Under the pieces are notes generated by a model. It did not search any database, was not told the origin of the DNA, and worked only from the letters and a program-made list of their open reading frames with translations. This document shows positions 24,801 through 37,802 of a stretch of DNA of 64,000 nucleotides, piece by piece. Within the stretch, counting starts at the first letter, position 1, and every line of letters starts with the position of its first letter. The translations under genes and the position numbers were made by a program. Origin of the DNA: Lepidodermella squamata (lineage: Eukaryota > Animalia > Gastrotricha); contig JBLDXI010000013.1 of NCBI GenBank assembly GCA_047495785.1, positions 1,550,001 to 1,614,000 of the forward strand, in the 5' to 3' direction.

Positions 24801-27800
24801 GGCACTACATCTTCGCCGCCCAATGCCGCAACATGCCGTACAAAATCGAGTTCGCAGTCAATATGACAAACCGCATCGTAAACGTGGTTGTTATGCAGCA
24901 TGTTGTTCTTACTTACCACTATTCCCACGGTCGAATGACAGTTTACACAGACGGTGAAGTTGTTGCAGTTCGCCAAATGCCGGTAGGGTGTGAGCTTGAC
25001 ACTGTTGCGGGGCGGGTCTTCCGGTTCGGCTCACATGGCGATTATTACAGTGCGTACGCTAGAATTGCCTGTTTGGGTATTTTCCGGCACGAGCTGACAG
25101 CTCGACAGGTTCAGCAAATTTCCAGATGCCCCATTACTGGCATTAAGTCCATGGCCTCGATTGCTTTTAGCAAGTATCACGGGGTTACTGATTTGTTCGC
25201 CAGACCAGGTTATACCATGGCTTTATCCGGCTCAGTGACCCAGGTGAACGGCTTAAGATCGACGCAAACCGCCTACAACGTGGCCAACGGTGCCTCAATG
25301 GTATACGACAACTTGACTGCGCCTGATCAGCAATTGGTGTCGAATAACGGAGCCTTCACAATCATGGCGTGGTTGAACGTTGGTGCCGCAAATACACTGC
25401 GTGATTGTATCTCTACGACTACTGTCGAAGGCCAGTATAGCGATTACTTATACGACTTACTTACTTACTTACTTATTGCTTACAGGCATAGCCAGCGTAG
25501 TGATTGGAGCTACGACTAACAATAGATGGCGCGTGAAATATACTTGCGCCAGTAGCTCATCTTATGAACTGATTAGCGATATTAGCGCCCAGGCTACTCC
25601 AGGTACATGGACCTACGTTGCAGCACGATACACTGGCACAAATGGCACATTGTCTCTCTACGTAAGCGGGGCTTCGGTACCGTTAACATGGCAGACCAGT
25701 GTAGCTTGCGTGCCTGGCCCGCCGACTGTAACTGGCTTCCGATTTGGATCGGAAGCTTATACCGGACAGACAACAGTCGGATTCAGTGTTGCTTGTTTCA
25801 ATGTTTTCAACGATGATATAACAACCACACATATGCATCAATTTGCAAACGGCTGCCCGGGGAAAGCGGAACCATCGCACACACCTTGCGAGTACCCACT
25901 TCAACATAATTTGGATTATAGGCTTGAGTATTCGCCTACGAGCCCTGGGACATTATGCCCAGAACGGGCTTACGCCACGCAAGGGACCTGTTATTGGCGC
26001 CCGGTGAATAGTACCGCCAGTACTAATTACTTTTGCATGTCTTTTCTGGACGACTACGAGATAAGATCGATCGTTACCGCGGGGCATCCTGGTACTTCGA
26101 ATGAGTGGATCAAAACTTTCACCGCAGCATGCCAAGCTGGGCCAAATTTAGCTGACACTCAACCAAATGCAGGACCTATTATGGATCCTTTAGGCAATAT
26201 CAAGATATTTGTCGGAAATAGTGACAGATCAACACGTTATGAGAACCGGCTGCCCTATCCTATAAGATGTCGAAACTTATGCATTTATCCTCAGACATTC
26301 AACTCGTGGCCGACAGCTCGATTAGGCGTGAAGGGATGCAGGATACGGCACAGTTGCTCCCGAAGAATCAACTTCAACTACGGCAATTTGTACGTCTCGG
26401 ATTACACGTCCTCCTGTACAGCCCATCCTGCTTTCTACCCCGAGAATCTGGATGGATTGTGGTACTACGCTCCTCCCTCGCTTGACGTCACAAATTTACC
26501 TTACCTTCAACTCGACCTTGGCAGACTTTTCAAAATCACCCGCATACAAACCGCTGGTTCGAAAGGAAAATGCGTGGCTTCGGCATACGTCGTCTTTTTC
26601 AAACTAGCTTATAGTTTCAACGCAGAACGATGGCTATTCTACAAGAAAGCTGATGGTATGGTTCGCACTTTCGCGGCAAACGTCGACGCGACTAATCTTG
26701 CTGACATTCCGCTTTTGACGCCGCTCGTCGCTCGTCACGTACGCGTCGTCGTTGAAGGCTTTTCAACGGCCATCGCATTTCGATTCTACCTGTTTGGTTG
26801 CCAAGTCGATAGCTTAGATTCGCAATTTCCTGCAATCAATGTGACACTTGGTGACAAACCTGTTAACAATGTTGTCGACGCAGCGTCTAATCCACTGATC
26901 GCTTACACCCTATCTCCGTCTGAAGTAGCTGATCGTCAACCGATTCGGCTATCGGCTCTCCCGAATTCGAAGCCCGGTCGCTACCTGTCCGTCTTAACTC
27001 GCCAGAAAAATGTGCCGATGGAGATATGCCAGGTTTCAGCTTACAATTCTCCGAGCAAAAACTGGGCCTTGAAAAGGAACGTCGTTCTATCAAATGCATT
27101 CGCCGCCTCTGCAAATCAAACTCGAGCAGTTGTAACAGATGGTGTGTCTTCGGCTCTTGATGCTTCAGGTGGTGCGACCGGGCAGGTCTGCGTTGTAGGC
27201 CAACCAAATCCTCTGCCCTCAGAAATGCCAAGTAATGACATTCAAGATGTGACAGCAGCTACGGCAGGAATGGTTGGGTCGGTCCCTCCGTCGAATTGTA
27301 CAGGGACTGTCATTCAATGGGAAGTGATTTTGCGAGTGATTCAGTCGCAGCGACAGGCGTATTATCCAGACTCGGATCGATCATGCTTTCTGCAGAATTT
27401 CCGAAATATTTCCGACGATACCCTGAGCATGGCTGGCGTTGTTCCATTCCGCATTCATTCGTATTCGCAACCTTTCCGAAAACTCACCTTGTAAGTGAAT
27501 ACATTATATAAAGTAAAAGCGGCATTTATTCTATTTAAAAACAGGGAATTTAACGGAACGAATGGCTTGAAAGTAATCGCAGGGGACATATTCGGCTTCT
27601 ATCAGCCTCCCAACTGGATTAGCTGCGCGTTCAGCTTCGTATCAGCCGATGAATACGGCGCACCGCCTGGCTGGACAGCTCCGACAAATCCGCAGACATC
27701 GTTCGACCTGCCTTGGCCTGGCGCCACAGTGCCAAGCCTACAATCAGGATCTGGCGCTTGGTTGACTTCAGGTGTCAACATGACGGCCTCGACGAGCGTT

Positions 27801-28204
27801 CGTCATCAGCTTGCCAGAGGATACGTAATAGGTAGGATGACGAAACTAATCAAAAAGGCAAAATAATTCTTTTTTAATTTTCAGATCCTTCGGCGGAAAT
27901 GTGGGTGGCTGTGGATCTAGGACTGCGAACGGTAGTAACTCGCGTTTTAGTCTACCAAGCTGCCGATCGATTCGGCTACTCGCTCGCCGATTCAGAATTG
28001 CGAGTCGCTAACACGCTGTCGACCAATGTTGCAAGCTGGCGCTACTGTGACACGATCGCATTAGTGCGCGATCTCGACGAAAGATCGCCGAACCGGCCGT
28101 ATGAATTGTTCTGCCTGCCGCCTGCACTCGGGCGGTACGCTGTAATTCGCCGACGCACACCTGGATTGCTGCCTATCGCTGAAATTCTGGTATATTCGCT
28201 ATAA
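21852..28204 (+). CDS. large secreted mosaic lectin-like protein: signal peptide, PAN/apple, 4x F5/8C (discoidin), 3x LamG/pentraxin-like, 2 split F-type lectin folds
   Basis: ORFs 21852, 23067, 24038, 24488, 25380, 27495 and 27899 are joined by short introns. Motifs: CASSCSQNSSCLSAYF (PAN); CRDPLG, EWIQVDF, GIRWDLLGC, YLQLDLG (F5/8C); NTWHFVGVLYD, TWTYVAARY (LamG); DLAL..., WVAVDLG, GRYAVI...IAEILVY (F-type lectin). Confidence 0.85.
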
Positions 28205-29311
28205 ATGTCGAATACGCCAAGATTAACACTAGACAATTATTCGATCTGACTCGGCTGTGATATAATTGATATGTAGAAAAGAATCATCAAAAATAGATGC
28301 TTCTTCGACGTTTCAAAGACAAATAATCCGGTTCTCAACTCGTGATTGGCATGTCATTGCAAAAGATTATTTACAGATTCTTGAACAAAACAAGGTCTGC
28401 AGCTTGTAAATTTTATCACAGATACCTTTGAAAATGATCATATCGAGTTGCAGTGAGAACTGCTTCTTTAGCGCAGAAGTACCTGCATTTTCGTAAAATT
28501 CAGTTGAATAAAAAATATTAATTTTAAGTTTGCATTGTATTCCAATGGGCACATGTTTCCTTGTTGCGTCATTATGGAAGTTATCACGAAAAAAGATGTC
28601 ACACAAAGCCATAGCACAAAACTGTAAGACGTAACCAGCGTTTTTTGTTTGGTGATCGCGCGTTAGCAACAGCACAGCCCCAATTTTATTGAGCTACTAA
28701 TAAAATGTGCCGCCGAATGTGGCACGCGCCGCCACCACATCACAGCACGAGCCTCATGCTTTTAGTTGTTTTCTTTACTGCCAAGTCTAGAACTATTATT
28801 GGCTGGTGTTTTAAAATCGCAATACATTTCACGTTCGTTTCTCTTTATTCTTTGCTATCATGACTTCTTACCTGGAGAAAAGCCGCGTCGTTTTGTCGAC
28901 TGCAACGACTTTAAGTTGGGCAAAAACCTAAAACTTCACTTTTGATACCATTACTTGAAATTCTTTCTCAGTTTTGTTTCAGCTGGTTGTTAACTTCAAT
29001 CGTTCTTTCTGGCACTTGCCAACAATGGCATCAACCCGATTTTTTACGGTATCGTCGAATTGCGTCCCATTGCAACCGATATTGATATGCCGACTGGTGC
29101 GGCTGTCGATTTTCTGCTTTAAAGATGCACTCAAACCAGCCATCCATTTTTGCGCCTCGTGAACTGCTTGCTGCTATGGCAGGTCAACTATTCGCTATTC
29201 TACTGATTGAATTGGGTCTTATAATCGCTCTTGATATCAATTTTATGCGCCGATTTTTTTCGGAAGCAGGATGTTTTTATTTTATTTTTTTTATGTCTGG
29301 GTTTATCTTAT

Positions 29312-29798
29312 TAGAGCCCTAAATTCGGCCACTTTTCGAGTTTTTCCTAATTTGCCAGCCAGGTGAATTTTCAGAAAATATTCGGCAAAAACAGAATTAT
29401 GGAGGAGTTCTTGGGCTATCGAATGCCTGTTTCCGCAAGTCCGGACGATTTTACCTTGATTTATTGCTAATTTTGAAGTCAGCTAACTTTGATACCGTTA
29501 AATTCGTCTCGACAAGCTTAGTGTGGAAATCGCCTTTGTCGCTTTTTACATGGGAGCTTTTCCTTGACGATGTAATGCCTGAAACTCTGGTGTTTATGGT
29601 ATCGAGAAGCTACGTGACCCCCTCGGCCGCATTTAGAATTTTTTGCGATCACGTGGGTAAAAAATCATGAAACAGATTGGTTCATCGATCATCGACAATG
29701 CAAATTTCTTGAATTGCGTGCAAAAAACTGCTGCACAGCACTTGGTGTCCAAATTTCGGCCGAAGTTAGGTCGCAGCGGCCGAATTTAGGAAGCTCTA
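29312..29798. mobile_element. MITE (hAT-like TAGAG termini)
   Basis: TIR TAGAGCCCTAAATTCGGCC at 29312 versus GGCCGAATTTAGGAAGCTCTA ending at 29798. Subterminal AAATTTCGGCCGAA repeat. No clear TSD. Confidence 0.65.
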
Positions 29799-29953
29799 TT
29801 CCTTTATAATTATTCTAAATTTTAGATCAAATTTCCCTCAGAAGCTTGACGATTTTGCTAGACTTAATCATGCGTGCATTTCTTCGCGCTTTATTCCTGA
29901 ATTTCACTATATCGCTTTTCAGGTCTCGAATTCCTTTGATTTTTTAGAAATTT

Positions 29954-32482
29954 ATGGCTTGTTCTATTGGCTCCGATCAGCACCCCCATGGCCAGCGTCG
30001 TCTGGTCGATTGCAATTACGTCAAGCTAAGAATTCATTTGCTAAATGACGAACTTAAACAACCATCACCTGGAACGATTAGCGTCAAAGTTTTCTACATG
30101 CCACCTGAATCAGCCCCGCCACCCCCGCCTCCGATCGACGAAGATGATGAGAAAAATAAGAAATCGTGTAGGTTGCCTGAGCCTGTAACTTCAGCGCAGA
30201 TTCAAGCCACGCTCAAGCGATGTCATGCCGAAATTCAAAAGGACGGCAAAGTTAATTTCCTCACAAAGTCTTACATCGATCCAAAGGCGATTGACCCTAA
30301 ATCGCTGCTGAATTTCAACGCGATTTTCGATCGAGAGCTACCAGCTCGTGAGGCTTCGTCAATTTTCGCAGATATCAACCTTCGCCATCCACTTCGAATC
30401 ATCGCGGTTGAGGTGAAAGAGCGTAACTTGGCTCTGGGTGCTCGTCTAGGTTTGATTTCAGCCGGCCGGAAGTGGAATATCAACGACGCTTGCCTGGCAA
30501 ATAGCAATCCCGAGGACGTGGCAAATGATCGTTACAATTTGCTGTGGGATCCCGCCTGGACTCGTCGAGTCGATCAGCGCCACAGCCGAAATCAAGAGTG
30601 GCTGGTCAAGGAAGACGAAGATGGCAACATTACCCGTCAATACACGATTTACGCCCCAGAAACGGTGAAAGTCGAGAAGGAAGGCGACGAATTGCTGTTC
30701 GATAGCGACGTTATTAGATTCCAGCTTAATTTCGACCCTGAAATGATAAAACACCACAACCCTGTCTCATTTGGCAAGTTGGAAATGTGGACAAAACCTG
30801 AATTCAAAAAGCAAATATCAGTTCCAGTAAGCGAGAACCGCCACGATGAGACGCCTGCTTCTGAGTACCGTGAATTGCCGGATTTACCGGTTGAAATATG
30901 GCAGCAGATTCTGCGTTCCGTTCCTTGTCGAATTCAAGCTTTATTCGCTTTATCAGGCGCTTGTCAAAAGTGGCGAAAGTTTTTCGCTAATCCTGTTTTC
31001 TACGAAATCGTCGACCTCCGCCCAGTTGCTACAATGGTTGATCGAATGAAGATGGAAGCTCTCGAATTTCTGAAACAGCGTTGTGCTGATTCAGGAGCAA
31101 CCCGTCATCTTCGTGTTTCGTGGGTTCCTGCAATACGCGGCCCAGCGGCGAAGTGGTACGACATCAGTGATCTAGTGAATTTTGTAGCTAAACCCGCCAA
31201 TTTAACGACGTTTGTTGCCGAGCGATGCGGCGCTATCGATATTTCCAGTCTTCAATACATTGCTAAATCACAGCCTGAATTGGAGGTTCTGAGCTTGCTG
31301 GGAAATCTCTCGCTTAATTCGACCTACGAAGGCTACATGTCTATTCCAACTTTGACTAAGCTGCGCCGGCTTCAAATTGCGATAACGTCATGTGTGTCGA
31401 ATTTTTTGACGCATAAGATCCAAAAGTACTGTAAAAAATTGGAGGTCTTTTCGCTGTGGAGCGTCTCAGTCCATGGCGCTGAATGTTGGGACAGCCACCG
31501 GGACAGCTGGTTCGGACCTGAGAAAGGCGAAGATGACAAGGATCCTGATCTTCGCAGGGAATCTCTACCCGATGGCCTGCGAACGTGCCTGAAGCGACTG
31601 GCGACCCGGAAACCACTTAGGGCTATGAGGTATTACAGCACCCAGGAGAATTCGTTGTTTTCCTCATTTCCCGAAGTCATAAATGGCGATTTGTTGTCAT
31701 TAGCGGAAATTATGCGGGCTTGCGGGCCTTCTCTCGAGGAATTATTCCCCCCTGGAGATGGATTAAAGGCGGGTGATTTACTGAAAATCTGCCGTTATTC
31801 CGGCGTTGATACCATCGCTAAACTTTGCCCAAATATTCGCCGAATTTCAGCTCTAAAAATCAAAGATCGCAGCGAGGAGGATGAAAATGATGAAATTGGC
31901 GTAGATCCCTATGAAGCAGCAACGAATGGCCCTCCAAGGGGGAAGAAAATTCGCACGCCTGTCGGGGAGAACATGTTCAAGCAAACTGTTCAAGTTCTAA
32001 CCGGCTTGAACAATCTTGAAGAACTTGTTCTCAGTATCAAACAAGAAAATCCTCCTGTCAGCGTTTTGGTCAGTTTTTTTACGTTTCTCGCAATATTTGT
32101 TATTAAAAATTGCTGCTAGGATGTGGCGGAGTTGATTTCAAAGTTGCCAAATTTACGCCGCCTGTATATGTGGAAGAAAAGCTTTGATGATAACGATTTG
32201 AAGATTTTACGGGACCGATTTCCGAACTTGTATGTTGAACTGAAGGAGCAAATTAGTCGTGAAGACCTCGAGCGTTGTTACGCCATGCCGCCCCAGCTTC
32301 AACAGCTTCTTAGCAGATTGCAGGGACTTGGCGGAAGCCGTGGTCTTAGCGTCATGGGCGCTAGTCTTGATGAAGATGACACTTCGGATAGCGAATTTGA
32401 AGATGCCGGTGAAATGGAAGAGGGCGAGTCTGAAATCAGCTCAGAAGAAGAAGAAGCCGAGAACTCAGAGAATAAAAACTGA
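29954..32482 (+). CDS. F-box/LRR protein, FBXL4-like (paralog 1), 2 exons
   Basis: F-box LPDLPVEIWQQILRSV...SGACQKWR, followed by NPVFYEIVDLRP...ALEFLKQRC...HLRVSW, which matches the FBXL4 pattern DPLQYIHLNLQP...SLEFLQSRC...LNLSW as I recall it. Long N-terminal beta domain, LRRs and an acidic tail. Intron 32069-32119. Confidence 0.8.
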
Positions 32483-33569
32483 TAATAGTCTTTCTGCATG
32501 CCTGTTTGAACGTGATACCCGGTTCTGATGAAAACATTTTGAAACAAATTTTGAATTGCATGATGTTATTTGCCGTGTTATCATATTGCCTCTTTCCTAG
32601 GGTTTCATTTATTACGGGGATTGATCAACTGGATTCATGTGCTTCAATTAGATAAAAGGTAAGCTTATTTAATAGCTTCTTCTTGGGTTTTATAAATTTA
32701 ATGATCGAGGCCTATACGTGCTGAAGTAGTGCACCTAGTCAAAAGTCGCTTGTCTGACCTCCTTGGGACTAGCTGGGCGATTCAGAACTCACAAAGTCCA
32801 TTTTTGAGAGAGATTGAGGGCGCGTATGTTGGAACTCACTTGAACATTCCTCAAGTTTTACCAAGTTCGGCTAAACCTTGAACCGAGATTTGGCTAAAAA
32901 CTCAGTCATTTCGAGACACTTTTCTATTAATTTTGAACCGTTGAAGTCCCTTTTTGATTTCTACAGTGTCATCCGGAACAAACTATTCGCGATTTAGGCT
33001 AGCAAATTTTCTACGTAAAAAATACAGAAAAAATTGAGCCGAGTTTATTTATTCACAGCGCAATCATTTCGGCTCCGATTCTCACATATCTTATACCATT
33101 GGAAAGAAAAATCGTTTATTCTCCTAAAATATCGCTCAAGGGGTCCTGCTTGAATCCAAAGTGTCGAGCTGGTTGCTGAAAATCACGTAATTTTATGTTA
33201 TAACTGCGAGTTTTGAGATCCATTGAGCTCTAAAAAAGTCCCTATTCCAACTGGGCTAGCTATAAAATGATACAATATCCTTGAATCTGATGAAAAAAGT
33301 CATTTTCCGCCAAATTTTGTGGCAAAGGAGACTTGCGCAAGCATGCTACGGATTACATGCTTTAGATTTCACTTGCTTGCGAGCTTGCTACGTGTGTTCG
33401 TTCGCCAAACTGTATCTCGAATAAAATATCTCTATATAGAAATTGACAAGGATTCCCTGCACGTCTATGGGCTATTTTATTGTTATTTAATGAGGATTAT
33501 TAAAGGAAGGTAAAGGAAGGTTGGAAAATTGCCGGAAAAATGGAAATCACAAATATCTATTGTTTTGGG

Positions 33570-34640
33570 ATTTATCCTCATTTGGCGAATTCTCAATTCG
33601 TCTTGTGTTGTTCCAATGGTGACGGTTGTGGTAGGAACTGGATTCGTCGCTGGTAGATCAGTTTGAGGCATTGATGGTGCGATGGCTGTCCTGGCAACCT
33701 GCCAGGCCTGCAGCCACGGTGGTTGTTACCATTGTGTTGCCAGGGCGGCATTTGCCACCCCTGTGGGTACCAGGTTAACTGCTGCGGTTAAGGTTGTGCT
33801 ACGGCTGAAGGCAGTTGTAGAGGTGTACTGGGTGGCTGTGCAGGCTGTAACAGTGTACTAGGCGGTTGATGGCTGGGCGTCTGTTTGGCGCGCTTTTCTT
33901 TAAGTGCGTCGAAAACTAGGCCAAGGAACTCGACCCACGTTTCTAATTCGTCCGTGCTAGTCGGTATTGTAGGCTTGATTGACTTTTCGCAGCGTCGCCA
34001 CGTCGGAGGCGGCGTGCGAGATCGACTGGTAGAGGCTTGGCTCCTGCACCCACTGGAGCTAGCTGTAGCAGCTGTAGTCGAGCAACGAGGCCATGAAAAT
34101 GGCTTTTCTTGACCGCGCGGTAGTGGAATTGTTTGAATGTTAAGTGAACGTCGATATGTTATAATTTCAAAGGTTTCGAAGCCGCAAGAAAGAGTATGAC
34201 GTAGTTGTGAGCTTGGGTGAAATCAGATAACGCTTCATATCGACAATCGCGTAATTTTGTGACTAGAAACATTCGGCTGCTTGATGTTACACGTACTTGT
34301 CTCTCCAGCAGTATTGCCAGCTTGTGTCAGCTTTCAATGAAAAAAGAACTGCAATTCAATTAAGCATCGGCAGTTCCTTCTCGCTGCCCAGCTCCGCCTG
34401 TAGAGCGGCTAGGTGGGGTCATAGCACCTTTGCGACAAATTTGATTGACAAACAACTGGCCAAAACTTCGATGCACTTTGCAAAACTTCGCAGACTGTGT
34501 AAGCTCTGTGTAGCAGGTGATCGCAAATGCTTCAGTTTCTACTGAGGTCCGATCAATACCTTTATTGTGAGATAGGGTATATGGGTAAAGGGTCGTTGGT
34601 ATCATCAAACAGCCTGGTTTTTCAAGAAGTTTAAACGTAG
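33570..34640 (-). pseudogene. degenerate coding-like relic (Pro/Gln-rich), possibly TE-derived
   Basis: GC-elevated block. A reading frame IQTIPLPRG...DELETWVEFLGLVFDALKEKR...QP*PQQ is interrupted by stops. No recognisable domain. Confidence 0.3.
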
Positions 34641-34922
34641 TCATTAAAAATATGTTTCGTTTTATTTTAAATCTGAATCATTTTTCAATTTTAGGTTGTT
34701 AAATGCATTCAGCAATTCGAAGTCGATCTCTGCAAAATTATTGTCGGCGGTTAACTTATTGGATTTCTGAATACTAGTCACATCGATTTGAGACCCGAGA
34801 AAGTATGATTCGAGTTCATCGTGGATTTTTTGTATTTTATCTGGCAAGATGGTGCAATTTTTTTGTTACTGTACTGGTTTTTATGCTGATTTTCATGTTT
34901 TGTTGTAGCTTTTTTATCGATA

Positions 34923-37406
34923 ATGGCTGACTCATCTGACAGCCAGCACCGTATGCTGCATTGTCGTTACTTAAAGCTCAAGATTCACCTTCTAAATGAC
35001 GAATTGAAGCAACCATCTCCCGGCACAATTAGCACAAAAATTTATTACCTGCCCTCAGAAATTCCTTGGCGTAACTCTGGAGATGCTTCAAACGATACAC
35101 CTGTGGTTTTTCCTCATGAAATTTTCGACACGTTGAACAGAGGCAATGCAGAAAAGGAGAAAGACGGCGAGGTCAACTACCTGGCTCAGCTTCCGAGCAA
35201 TTTTTTCGCCGACGACCCATCCTCGCTGCTGAATTTCAATTCAATTTTTGATCGAGAACTGCCGGTGCGGGAAACCTGTTCGAATTTTGTCGATATCAAC
35301 CTTCGTATTCCTATTCGAATCGCCGCAGTCGAGGTTAAAGAAAGCAACTTGCAATTTGGAGCAAGAGTTTCGTTGATTGCAGCCGGGCTAAAAAGTGGCG
35401 ACAATGACTCATGCCTATACAAAGACTATGGTTCGGATTCGGATAGCGACAGTGATTCAGCTGGGAATCTGGTCTGGCGCCCAGCTTGGACCCGTAGAAT
35501 TGATACTGAAACCGGCCGCTTTCAAAGAAGAATCGCCAAGGCGAATGATTCGAATTCAACACGGCGTTTTCGAGTTTTTGCCGCAGAAACGATTAAAATT
35601 GAGAAAGACGGCGATGAATTGTTGTCTAAAAGCGACGTGATTCGTTTTCAACTGGACTACGACCGTGAACTAATTCGACACCATAATCATATTACGTTCG
35701 GAAAACTTGAAATGTGGGCTGAGCCGAGGTTTGAAAAAGAAATAGGAATTCCCACCAGGGAATCCAGCCAGGCCAAAACAACACTTGAAATCGGCTGTTT
35801 CGATTTGCCTGATCTTCCTGTCGAAATCTGGCTTCAAATTTTGCGCTCGCTTCCGTGCCGAATTCAATCCCTATTTGCCTTATCAGGAACTTGTAAGAGA
35901 TGGCGGGATTTCTTCGCTAACCCTTTGTTCTACGAAGTCGTTGATTTTCGGCCCGCTGCTACCATGGTTGATCGATTGAACCGCCAAGCCCTCGACTTTT
36001 TGCGCGAGAGATGCGTTAAATCGAAAGCAACGCGTCATCTTCGCTTGTCTTGGATCCCGGAATACAGCCCTCCACAAGAAGCCAAGGAATACAGCCGCGA
36101 CCCATTCGGCCATTTAGTTGCAAATTTGGCTGCCCCGGGACGCCTTATTACTTTTGCATCGGAAACAAGTGGCGCAATGTTTGAAATTGATAAAATTATC
36201 AAGACGCAGAAGAACATCGAGATTTTAAGCTTGAAAGGTAAGGCTTCGATTTCTTAGTTCCGCATCAAATTATAATACAAATGGACCATGTTATTTAAAA
36301 TTGAGTCCACATATTTTCGATGGCTTTCGATTTTTCAGCGTTTTGTGGCTCATGATTTTCGCGTTTTTCGCAGGGAATTTATCGCTTACATTGGACACTG
36401 ATGAGCCGTACTATTTAGTGACTAGTCTGAAGAAACTCCGCCGCTTGGAAATTGCCGACTCACCCCGTATTTCGAACCTCCTTTTGTTCAAAATTCACAA
36501 AGAATGTCACAATCTCGAGGTTTTCTCAATGCATGGCGTTTCCGATAACGGCGTTGGCATATTTCGCCGAAGTTGTATGTGTGACGACGAGTATCAGGAC
36601 CCGGATTGCGACGAAGATCACGATTTTTATGGCAACGGGCCCTTGATGGATGGTATTCTGGACTGCATGAAGAACTTGGCGGAGAGAAAACCGCTGAGAG
36701 CTATCAGATTCGGAATATATTCACAAATGAGCGGAATTTCGCCTGGCGTAGACCTTTGTAATGATTACTTGATGACGCTTGGCAAAGTTATTGAAAAATG
36801 CGGCCCAAACCTCGAAGAAATTATTTCGCCGCCTTTCGGAGCTATTGAACTACTCAAACTATGTCGCTATTCAAATGTTGACTCGCTAGCAAAAATTGCC
36901 CCGAATCTTCGAATAATTTTTGATTTGAGAATATCTGATAAGGGTGAAGACGAAGATGAAGACGATTCGGCCTTTGACCATGAGCCATTTGCTGATAAGC
37001 CGCTTGGTCAGAATATTTTCCAGCAAGTTGCAACGTCTTTGGAAGGCTTGGAACGCCTTGAAAAGCTGGCTATCACTGTCGAACAAGAAATACCACCTGT
37101 CGCAATTACTGTAAGTCTAAGCTTTTTTATGTTTTTTTAATATTGAAATTGTTGTAACATGAATTGTTCTACGGTCATGCACCTGTAATTCTATTATAGG
37201 ATATTGCTGACTTCCTATTGAAACTTCCCAATCTTCGTCGAATTTACTTGTGGAAGAATACACTGAGTGGCGAAGATGTCGATTTCCTGAGGAATCGGCT
37301 TCCAGGTCGCCACGTCGAGTTGAAAGCGCCGATCAGTCCTGAAGACATTAAAAGGTGCTGGTTTCCTCCGCCGGCTTTGCGACCAATTTTCGAACTGGTT
37401 TCTTAA
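34923..37406 (+). CDS. F-box/LRR protein, FBXL4-like (paralog 2), 3 exons
   Basis: Shares IHLLNDELKQPSPGTIS, SLLNFNxIFDRELP, SDVIRFQL and the F-box with 29954-32482. Introns at ~36238-36373 and ~37111-37199 (the latter position shared with paralog 1). Confidence 0.8.
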
Positions 37407-37577
37407 ATCACAGAAGACTGGTAGTCAACCATTGTGCCACCTTAATGCTTTTTGTTACATTCCAAAGTGTATGATAGCGAGAGGATTGTATTAAGCAACA
37501 TTTCATATTGTGCAGCTTATATACGATAAAGGAAATTTTTCAAGAAGCTTCAGGCCCGAACATTTAACTGATAATCC

Positions 37578-37802
37578 CATAGAGAACAGAAGAACAGACC
37601 AGGACTTTATTTACGTTAAAAATGGAAGTCCGATTTAAGGTAGTACAGAAAGATGTTTCCGAAAATTGGTGGGTTTGTGCAAGAGAAGTGTGCTAAAAAA
37701 ACACGCGCGCTTTGTGAAAGATCCAGCTTAAAGAAAAGTGCTTCCAATTACTGTTACAAGTTTCCAGCGCGAGTTCCCTCTCTTGTTCTTCTGTTCTCTA
37801 TG
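37578..37802. mobile_element. short MITE (~225 bp), hAT-like
   Basis: Perfect 19-bp TIR CATAGAGAACAGAAGAACA / TGTTCTTCTGTTCTCTATG. Flanks GATAATCC and GATAATTT resemble a degenerate 8-bp TSD. Confidence 0.75.

Noticed and set aside
32705-33475. Possible degenerate TIR element (GCCTATACGTG / CACGTCTATGGGC)
   Set aside because: The match is too short and imperfect to support.
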